From contig CBFDTJ010000036.1 in assembly GCA_965612865.1 (NCBI GenBank), positions 1 through 14,339 on the forward strand: a DNA stretch of 14,339 nt, read 5' to 3'. Made by a program: the position numbers and the translations under genes. Each line of letters opens with the position of its first letter. Position 1 is the stretch's first letter. The notes under the pieces were generated by a model. It searched no databases, was not told the DNA's origin, and worked only from the letters and a program-made list of their open reading frames with translations. Source of the DNA: an uncultured bacterium (GTDB lineage Bacteria > Caldisericota > Caldisericia > B22-G15). Shown piece by piece: positions 7,992 to 14,339 of the stretch.

Positions 7992-8735
7992 ATGAACACC
8001 ATTTATATAAGTTTAACAGGTATATTTCTTTCTGGACTCGCCACAGGCATTGGAGCGATTCCTGTATTATTTTTAAAGAAAAACAACCCAAAACTTACTG
8101 ATGCTCTTCTTGGTTTTGCAGCAGGAATAATGCTCGCAGCTACTTTCTTCAGTCTGCTTCTTCCTGCCCTTGATATAGGAGGAATACTGGTTACCATTGT
8201 CGGAATGGTCTTAGGAGGAGTCTTAATGTCATTTCTTGATAAAATTACTCCTCACATGCACTTTATATATGGAAGGGAAGGTCCTTCCTCAAGACTTAAA
8301 AAGATATGGCTCTTTGTTTTTGCTATAACCCTTCACAACTTTCCAGAAGGTCTTTCTGTAGGTTTGGGTTTTGGTTCAGGGAATATAAAGGCAGGAATAA
8401 TTATTGCAACAGCTATAGGACTTCAAAATATGCCAGAAGGTCTTGCCGTTGCTTTACCCCTTGTTGCTGAAGGATATACAAGATGGAAATCCCTTCTTAT
8501 TGCAACTCTCTCAGGACTTGTTGAACCCTTGATGGGACTACTCGGATTTTTCCTTGTCTCTATCTTCAAGCCAATTCTTCCCTATGGACTTGCCTTTGCA
8601 GCAGGGGCAATGCTTTACGTTATAAGTGAAGAAGTTATACCAGAAAGCCACAGGAGAGGGTTTGAAAAGGAAGCAACCTTTTCTTTGATGGCTGGTTTTA
8701 TAGTTATGATGATTCTTGACTATCTTCTGGGTTAG
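7992..8735 (+). CDS. zupT: ZIP family divalent metal transporter (GufA/ZupT type)
   Basis: LGFAAGIML, PHMH loop, AITLHNFPEG, IGLQNMPEG and EEVIPESH motifs. Confidence 0.9.
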   Translation: MNTIYISLTGIFLSGLATGIGAIPVLFLKKNNPKLTDALLGFAAGIMLAATFFSLLLPALDIGGILVTIVGMVLGGVLMSFLDKITPHMHFIYGREGPSSRLKKIWLFVFAITLHNFPEGLSVGLGFGSGNIKAGIIIATAIGLQNMPEGLAVALPLVAEGYTRWKSLLIATLSGLVEPLMGLLGFFLVSIFKPILPYGLAFAAGAMLYVISEEVIPESHRRGFEKEATFSLMAGFIVMMILDYLLG

Positions 8736-9639
8736 TTACACTTTTTACTGCATTTATTATAGATTTCTCCACACAAATGGCAGCCACCGTTCCAAGTATA
8801 TTTACACTTATTCTTCCCTTCTCTCCTGTTCCAATGGTAAACACGATGTCTCCGTCAAACATTGTATGAACCGGCCTTATTGCTCTTGCCATACCGTCAT
8901 GAGCCATCTCACTTATCTTTTTAGCTTCCTCTTTTGTGATGTCTGCATTTGTAGCAACCACAGATAGAGTTGTGTTTTCCATAAATTTTGAAGTTATTGT
9001 TCCGATAAGTGACCTTATGTATCTTTCTGTGTTTAGGAATCCAGAGCCAACAGGTTTTCTTGCTCCAGCAATTATTTTTCCATTTTCGTATACATCACCA
9101 AAAGCATTTACCACTGTAAGAGCAGAAACCTTAATTCCATGAGGAAGAGTCTCTTCATGAAAACCGATTCCCGATTTTGAAGCAAATTTCATTCCCAGAA
9201 CCTTTCCCACCGTTGCTCCAGTTCCAACACCTATGTCTCCCACTTCAGGAACACCTTCTTTTGCATTAATACATGCCTTATACCCCATCTCTTCGTCTGG
9301 ATAAATATCCTTCTTACCAATTCCAAGATCAAATATGACACCAGAAGGTACAATGGGTACTTTTACAATTCCTGTGTCAAATCCGATATCCTTTTCCTTT
9401 AGGTATCTTACCACTCCCTGTGCAGCTCTTAGTCCAAATGCACTTCCACCACATAGTGCTATACCATGAATTTTTCTAATCATTTTTGTTGGTTCGAGAA
9501 GGGCAACCTCTCTTGTTCCTGGAGCTGAGCCTCTAACATCACAACTTGCTGTGGCACCGTCAGGAATGAGAATTACAGTGATTCCAGTTAGTGCTTCTCT
9601 ATCCTCTGCGTGTCCCACAAATACACCTTTTATATTCAT
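8704..9639 (-). CDS. P1/S58 family (DmpA/NylC-like) self-processing Ntn hydrolase
   Basis: VGHA, DVRGSAPGTRE, GGSAFGL, VPIVP..IFDL, GVGTGATVGK, ENTTL (Asn-Thr cleavage site) and AHDGMARAIRPVHTMFDGD motifs; GAGGAGG RBS. Confidence 0.9.
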   Translation of the reverse strand: MNIKGVFVGHAEDREALTGITVILIPDGATASCDVRGSAPGTREVALLEPTKMIRKIHGIALCGGSAFGLRAAQGVVRYLKEKDIGFDTGIVKVPIVPSGVIFDLGIGKKDIYPDEEMGYKACINAKEGVPEVGDIGVGTGATVGKVLGMKFASKSGIGFHEETLPHGIKVSALTVVNAFGDVYENGKIIAGARKPVGSGFLNTERYIRSLIGTITSKFMENTTLSVVATNADITKEEAKKISEMAHDGMARAIRPVHTMFDGDIVFTIGTGEKGRISVNILGTVAAICVEKSIINAVKSVTNPEDSQESS

Positions 9640-9670
9640 TTAGCCTCCTCGTCATTTATTATAAAGCTTT

Positions 9671-10174
9671 TTACATCCTGTAAATCTCATTCAACTTTGG
9701 TTTTCTTGAATCAGGTATATTTAGGAGTAAAACAACAAGATTATTTCCTTTACCAGTTATTGAAGGGACAAGAAGTGCCTCAAATTTTAATTTAAAGACC
9801 TCTCTTGCTATCTTCCTTGTGATTTTATATCCCCCTCCGCTTCCCTCTTTTATCAAATCTTCTCTCTTTAATCCAAGTTTTTTAAGATTTTCCTCAGAAG
9901 TGAGATCTAAGACCTTATTTAATTTAACCTTTATCTTTCCAATTACATATGGTTGAAGGAAGTTAGGATCTTTTCTCTTTATCTCTGCTTTACAAACTTC
10001 CTCACTTTCTGAGAGATACAAAACACCGGATACCCCAGGTTCGTTATATCTACCACCGTACTTTTCACTTCCTTTAGTGCTGAGGATCCTGTCTTTGTAT
10101 TTCTTGTTGACTATTCTAAAGAAAAATCCCTCTATTGAAATGGGCTTTATTTTTGAAAGATTTGATAATTTCAA
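9671..10174 (-). CDS. RES-domain toxin (MbcT/ParT-like, NAD+-dependent)
   Basis: FFRIV, GGRYN, VLYLSES..AE, VLDLT and ALLVPS..NLVV motifs with conserved R, E and S; directly downstream of an Xre antitoxin; TTG start is approximate. Confidence 0.88.
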   Translation of the reverse strand: MKLSNLSKIKPISIEGFFFRIVNKKYKDRILSTKGSEKYGGRYNEPGVSGVLYLSESEEVCKAEIKRKDPNFLQPYVIGKIKVKLNKVLDLTSEENLKKLGLKREDLIKEGSGGGYKITRKIAREVFKLKFEALLVPSITGKGNNLVVLLLNIPDSRKPKLNEIYRM

Positions 10175-10196
10175 GGGGATTGTTTCTCCAATTTAA

Positions 10197-10535
10197 TTAG
10201 TCAGGTATTCCCCACCTTAATCTACCAAGCAGAGTGGATATCTTCTTTATTCCATTCTTCTCAAGTAGAACCTCTAAAGGAGTTTTACCTCCTAGAGATC
10301 TATTTGGTGTGGTGAGCCATTTAATGCCTTTCTCTCTACTTTCAAAGGTCTCTTCTATTTCATTAAGAATTTCAGTGAGTTCATCAAGCTTTGATTTAGC
10401 TAAGGGAGAAGGCTTATTCTCCCTTTTCTCCCATCTTCTGATGGTTCTTTCAGATACACCGAGAACTATTGCTAACTTATCTCTGGTGAATCCAAACTCC
10501 TCTGCTTTTTTTAATAGCACTATACTTGTTGCCAT
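10197..10535 (-). CDS. Xre/MbcA/ParS antitoxin (N-terminal HTH + DUF2384-type C-terminal domain)
   Basis: HTH LAIVLGVSERTIRRWE; C-terminal WLTTPNRSLGGKTPLEVL; AGGAGG RBS. Confidence 0.9.
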   Translation of the reverse strand: MATSIVLLKKAEEFGFTRDKLAIVLGVSERTIRRWEKRENKPSPLAKSKLDELTEILNEIEETFESREKGIKWLTTPNRSLGGKTPLEVLLEKNGIKKISTLLGRLRWGIPD

Positions 10536-10554
10536 CTCAGCCCTCCTAAATTTA

Positions 10555-10582
10555 AGAATAATAGAGTTTTGACATTTGTCAA
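10555..10582 (-). promoter_or_regulatory. Toxin-antitoxin promoter with palindromic operator over the -35 box
   Basis: TTGACA-N2-TGTCAA inverted repeat at 10569-10582; its minus-strand TTGACA (10582-10577) is followed after 16 bp by TATTCT. Confidence 0.65.
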
Positions 10583-10657
10583 GAAGGCCACCAAATCCAA
10601 GCTCATCTATAAATACCTTAAAAGAGAATCAATCTTATCTTCTATACTTCTAATATG

Positions 10658-10704
10658 TATATTATTACTACTAAGAGATTCCAATATGTCTCTGAACTTT
10701 TTCA
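10658..10704. repeat. 47-bp intergenic direct repeat, copy 1
   Basis: tatattattactactaagagattccaatatgtctctgaactttttca, 43/47 identical to 13423-13469. Confidence 0.9.
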
Positions 10705-10731
10705 GAGGAAAATATTTTTTCTGTCTTAGTA

Positions 10732-11868
10732 TCAATACTCTTCTTTCTCCTTTTTACCCTCTCCCTTTATTCCCTGGAAATCTTCGTATTCTACATACCA
10801 ATTCTCTCCAGCGTTCTCTATTTCTATATTTGCATAAGATTCAAAGAGAGCATGTTCAAAGTAAGGAAGTGCTTTACCTGATGCTTCCACCAGCCTGAAG
10901 TAGTTCTCTACTCCACTTGTTTTAAGCCAGAGACTCATCTTACTCTCATCGGGGAAGAATTTTGTAAATTCTTTCCATACCGCTCTTCCAGCAAGAAATC
11001 CACTTGCACCCGATTCGCTGGCGATTTCAACATTAATGAGGAACTCTTCAATGTCAACTCCAGCAGATAAGATTACCCACGGAACTCTTGATGTATTTGA
11101 TATCTCCTCACAGAAATCATAAGCGTCATCCATGGTAAAAACAGCCTCTCTCTCTTTTCCATCGAAAGCCCCAAATGAGAAATCTTCAACATACTTTAAA
11201 TCTACAGGAAATTCAAGTTTTAATATATCTACTCCGTATTCCTCTTTTGAAAATTCTTCCACGGTTTTTATTACAATTTCAGGTTTCTTTTTTGCAAACT
11301 CCGGTGAATCTTTTTCAGGTTCATCTTCCTTAAATGGATAGCTCATAGGCTCAAGCACAAAAGGTAAATCAAGTCTTTTTGCCTCTTCTCCAACCTTTCT
11401 TACAATATTTTCCTGAAATTCCTTTACTTCAGGGGAGCCATCGGGTCTGTAATATAAAAGAAGTTTAACAGCATCTGCTCCAGCTCTTTTTATTTTTTCC
11501 ACACTCCAACCTTTTAAAAGTTCTGTGGTTTTCTCCTTTCCATCTTTTCCAGCAGGGTTTGTTCCACTTCTCTCGGCTGCAAGAAGTAATCCTGCCTCTC
11601 TATCAAGAAACTTTATTCCCTCAGGTAATCCATACTGAGGATCTGTAAGGGTTGCGGAAAAATAAGGGGAAAGATACTCTATAACAAGTCTTTTTGCTAT
11701 GGCAAGCTCCTTATAGGTTATCTCGTCTTTACTTTTTCCTGTTGCCTTTGCAAGCATTCTTCTAAGAGAACCTCTCTGATCTATAGCAAGCATTCTGAAT
11801 CTTCCTGTATCATCAGAAAGTCTCTTTAATCCTTTAAATTTTCCAGGTGTTAAATGTATCTTTTTCAT
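10732..11868 (-). CDS. lacD: Class I aldolase, tagatose-1,6-bisphosphate aldolase (LacD/YihT) family
   Basis: MLAIDQRGSL, GADAVKLLLYY, PFVLEP, GVDILKLEFP (Schiff-base Lys), PWVILSAGV and GASGFLAGRAVW motifs; AGGAGGT RBS. True substrate uncertain. Confidence 0.85.
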   Translation of the reverse strand: MKKIHLTPGKFKGLKRLSDDTGRFRMLAIDQRGSLRRMLAKATGKSKDEITYKELAIAKRLVIEYLSPYFSATLTDPQYGLPEGIKFLDREAGLLLAAERSGTNPAGKDGKEKTTELLKGWSVEKIKRAGADAVKLLLYYRPDGSPEVKEFQENIVRKVGEEAKRLDLPFVLEPMSYPFKEDEPEKDSPEFAKKKPEIVIKTVEEFSKEEYGVDILKLEFPVDLKYVEDFSFGAFDGKEREAVFTMDDAYDFCEEISNTSRVPWVILSAGVDIEEFLINVEIASESGASGFLAGRAVWKEFTKFFPDESKMSLWLKTSGVENYFRLVEASGKALPYFEHALFESYANIEIENAGENWYVEYEDFQGIKGEGKKEKEEY

Positions 11869-11881
11869 AGAAACCTCCTTG

Positions 11882-13246
11882 CTATATATGAAGAGATTTA
11901 CCCAGCGCAGCCTCAGTTGCTTCCATTACAATTTCTGTCATTGTAGGATGAGGATGTATTGCTTCAAGAAGTTTTTCCGGGCTGAATCCAAACTGAATGG
12001 ACATTACGCTCTCCATTACCATATCTGTCGCTTCAGGTGCAAACATTTGAATTCCAAGGATCTTTTTCTCATCTTTATCTATTATAACCTTACAGAATCC
12101 TTCACTTTCTTCCATTGTTCTTGCTTTTCCAGAGGCAGATACAGGGAAAATACCTGTCTTATACTCTACTCCTTCTTTCTTTAGCTCCCACTCTCTCTTT
12201 CCAACCACAGATATCTCCGGATCAGTAAATATTACACTTGGTACAGCTGAATAATCCATTTTAGCTTCTTTACCTGAAATATTATCTGCAGCAACTATTC
12301 CCTCCTTCATTGCAACATGGGCAAGCATGAATTTTCCATTTATATCACCAACAGCATATATTCCTTCTACATTTGTTCTCATTCTCTCGTCTGTAACAAT
12401 TCCCTTCTTATATGTTTCAATTCCCAGGGCTTCTATATCTTCTCCCATGTTTGCCTTTCTTCCCACAGAGAGAAGAATCTTTTCTCCCTCTATTTCTTTC
12501 TTTTCACCATTTATATCAAGATAGAGCTTAAATCCATTTCCATTTTTCTCCACTTTTTCAGTTTTTGCAGATTCAAATATTTCTACACCTTTCTTTGTCA
12601 GATTTTTTCTTACTGCTTCTGCAAGATCTTCATCTTCCGTTGGAAGAATGTGTGGCATAATTTCCACTATTTTTACTTCTGTTCCAATAGTTGAGAAGAA
12701 AGTTGCCATTTCAACCCCAATTACTCCTCCCCCAATAATTACAAGGCTCTTTGGTTGCTCTTTTAAACTAAAGATATCATCACTTACCCATATATCTTCG
12801 TCTGTAAATGGTGGAAATTTTATGGGACTGGATCCTGTTGCAATTATTATATTTTTTGCTTCTATCTCCTTTCCACTCTTCTCTAACAGCACTTTATTCT
12901 TTGCAACAATCTTTGCTCTTTCCATAAAAAGATCAATCTTGTTTTTCTTTAATAAATATTCGATACCCTTTCTAAGCCTTAAAACAACTTTATCCTTTCT
13001 TGTTATTACAGAGGAAAGAGAGATTGACGGATCCTGTAATGTAATTCCAAATTTCTTTGCTTCCTTCACTCTTGAAAAAATCTTACTTGAAAATAAGAGC
13101 GCTTTTGTAGGTATACAACCTACGTTGGTACAAGTTCCACCAAGCCATTTTTCTTCAGCCAGACCAACTTTGAAACCATTTTTAGCTAATCTTATAGCAG
13201 ATACATACCCTCCAGGTCCTCCACCAATTACAAATACATCATACAT
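11882..13246 (-). CDS. lpdA: Dihydrolipoyl dehydrogenase (E3)
   Basis: GGGPGG FAD motif, GGTCTNVGCIPTK redox disulfide, GGGVIGVE NAD motif, LAHVA and HPHPTMTE motifs; AAGGAGGT RBS. Confidence 0.95.
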   Translation of the reverse strand: MYDVFVIGGGPGGYVSAIRLAKNGFKVGLAEEKWLGGTCTNVGCIPTKALLFSSKIFSRVKEAKKFGITLQDPSISLSSVITRKDKVVLRLRKGIEYLLKKNKIDLFMERAKIVAKNKVLLEKSGKEIEAKNIIIATGSSPIKFPPFTDEDIWVSDDIFSLKEQPKSLVIIGGGVIGVEMATFFSTIGTEVKIVEIMPHILPTEDEDLAEAVRKNLTKKGVEIFESAKTEKVEKNGNGFKLYLDINGEKKEIEGEKILLSVGRKANMGEDIEALGIETYKKGIVTDERMRTNVEGIYAVGDINGKFMLAHVAMKEGIVAADNISGKEAKMDYSAVPSVIFTDPEISVVGKREWELKKEGVEYKTGIFPVSASGKARTMEESEGFCKVIIDKDEKKILGIQMFAPEATDMVMESVMSIQFGFSPEKLLEAIHPHPTMTEIVMEATEAALGKSLHI

Positions 13247-13283
13247 TTTTTACCTCCTTCACAAGTTTGCCCTTTCAATCCTT

Positions 13284-13313
13284 ATTATATAACTTTTTGG
13301 AAATTTTTTCTAA
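13284..13313 (-). promoter_or_regulatory. Putative promoter of lpdA-lacD
   Basis: TATAAT at 13289-13284, about 38 bp upstream of the ATG; only a weak -35 (TTAGAA). Confidence 0.4.
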
Positions 13314-13422
13314 AACCTGTATAAGTCCATAACATAAACATATTCCCTGATTAACTTTATTTCTTACATGGGGAGAAGAACAAACAAATCTCATCTCTTA
13401 TACATCTTCCTATTGATACTTC

Positions 13423-13469
13423 TATATTATTATTACTAATGGATTCCAATATGTTTCTGAACTTTTTCA
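13423..13469. repeat. 47-bp intergenic direct repeat, copy 2
   Basis: tatattattattactaatggattccaatatgtttctgaactttttca, same orientation as copy 1, 2765 bp away. Confidence 0.9.
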
Positions 13470-13770
13470 AAGATACTCGGCTTGGGTTCCATCGCAAAAG
13501 ATAATATTTGGCAATTCTCTTTTTAGCTTGTAAATCGCTTTCTACAAATGCTCATAACTTTTTTCTAAGCCTTCGCATTTTTCTTTTTCTTCCTTTGTTG
13601 GCCAATCAGAAGATTTATCTGGACAGGGCTTTTGAGTTATCCACCCTTAAAATATGCAATCCGCTTCCGTCTCATTCAAAATTTTTATTACATCATCCAA
13701 ACTTCTGTTTATAACCTTTCCATCTGTTACGTAACGATACTGAAGCAACCTTAATTTCAGCAATCTTCAG
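13467..13770 (-). pseudogene. Decayed fragment of an uncharacterised protein gene
   Basis: One minus frame reads QYRYVTDGKVINRSLDDVIKILNETEADCIF*GWITQKPCPDKSSDWPTKEEKEKCEGLEKSYEHL*KAIYKLKRELPNIIFCDGTQAEYL*, with stops at 13649 (TAA), 13544 (TAG) and 13469 (TGA); protein-like composition; probable frameshift near 13741. Confidence 0.65.
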
Positions 13771-13823
13771 TCAGCGTTTGTTACACATCTTGTAATAGTA
13801 ACCTCTCTGTTTATGATTGTAGT

Positions 13824-14339
13824 CTACGAAGCCCTTTTTAATACTAATATTCTTGAGCCGTAAGCGGGAATAGAGATTTTAAAATTATCTGGATCTTCAA
13901 CATTAAAAGTTTCATTATTTAATACATCATACAAAATAGTTACTTCAGATAGAAAAGATAGATTAAGGGTTGATACTGCTGTCTTGTTCAGGAAATTCAC
14001 CACAACTACTACTCTTTCATTTTTGCATTCTCTCAAATAAGCAATAACATTATCACCATCTTTCCAGATATTTGAGATTGAACCACACTTTAAAGCTTTA
14101 TACCTTTCCCTTATTTCCAGTAATTTCTTATAAAAATTGAACATTTCCTGATTAATTGAGTTTGCATCTCCCTCTGGAAAAATTTCTCTGTGGTAAATAT
14201 GAGGAAAGCCAGGAATGGTTGTAATTAAAACAGCACCCAATTTGTGAAGCTCAGGATTTTTCTCATAGAACTGATAACCAAAGTCATGGGTCATTAAAAA
14301 TCTTCCCCTCGGTTTTTTGTAATACAAACACTCTTTTTT
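13824..14339 (-). CDS. GH13 alpha-amylase family protein, C-terminal part (frame stays open to the window edge)
   Basis: Region-IV-like FLMTHD, TIPGFPHIY, FYKKLLEIR..ALK.G and a C-terminal beta domain (VIAYLRE..VVVVVNF..LYDVL..IPAYGSRIL); no stop between 14327 and 14339. Confidence 0.82.
   Translation of the reverse strand, partial: KKECLYYKKPRGRFLMTHDFGYQFYEKNPELHKLGAVLITTIPGFPHIYHREIFPEGDANSINQEMFNFYKKLLEIRERYKALKCGSISNIWKDGDNVIAYLRECKNERVVVVVNFLNKTAVSTLNLSFLSEVTILYDVLNNETFNVEDPDNFKISIPAYGSRILVLKRAS

Noticed and set aside
13257..13275. GGGCAAAC upstream of lpdA resembling a c-di-GMP-I riboswitch
   Set aside because: The second half (GACGCAAAGC and the second hairpin) is missing; the RBS follows immediately.
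346..13292. Long opposite-strand or alternate-frame ORFs (346-975, 2243-2692, 2349-2792, 4505-5086, 10234-10572, 10569-10898, 12648-13292 and others)
   Set aside because: Ser/Phe/Ile-rich shadows of well-supported genes, with no recognisable motifs.
13394..13407. TCTCTTATACA-TCT resembling an internal mosaic end
   Set aside because: Only an 11-bp match with a 2-bp gap and no flanking adapter; probably chance, though read mapping here is a cheap check.
10658..13469. 47-bp repeats as a CRISPR array or integron attC sites
   Set aside because: Only two copies 2.8 kb apart; no spacers, cas or intI genes, and no RYYYAAC/GTTRRRY ends.
13508..13714. 68-aa plus-strand ORF
   Set aside because: Antisense to the more protein-like minus-strand pseudogene frame; no RBS or motif.
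13467..13742. Stop-codon recoding (Sec, Pyl or alternative code) in the interrupted frame
   Set aside because: All three stop types occur, a frameshift is also likely, and neighbouring genes use TAA, TAG and TGA as normal stops.
13726..13795. Palindromes GTTACGTAAC (13726-13735) and TTACA-N5-TGTAA (13781-13795)
   Set aside because: Short, inside decayed coding sequence and not linked to a promoter.

Overview
AT-rich bacterial DNA with a Lys/Glu/Ile-rich proteome, which suggests a thermophilic anaerobe (inference only; no taxon assigned). Bases 1-62 are not genomic: they are an Illumina Nextera P5/i5/mosaic-end adapter that truncates dxr. Bases 63-5490 hold the conserved minus-strand cluster rpsB-tsf-pyrH-frr-[2x4Fe-4S ferredoxin]-uppS-cdsA-dxr, with a clear sigma70 promoter and a structured rpsB leader RNA. 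The rest is accessory: a stand-alone processive GT2 (IcaA/PgaC-like), a plus-strand operon of two small DUF318-like permeases and a ZIP transporter, an S58/P1 (DmpA-like) Ntn hydrolase, an Xre-RES toxin-antitoxin pair with a palindromic operator, a lpdA-lacD-like pair, a decayed pseudogene and the 3' part of a GH13 gene. The least explained signal is a 47-bp direct repeat (43/47 identical; 10658-10704 and 13423-13469) that brackets lpdA-lacD, cuts off the pseudogene and reads as the same short peptide motif in both copies. No CRISPR array, tRNA, rRNA, transposase or integrase was seen, and no novel system can be asserted from the sequence alone.
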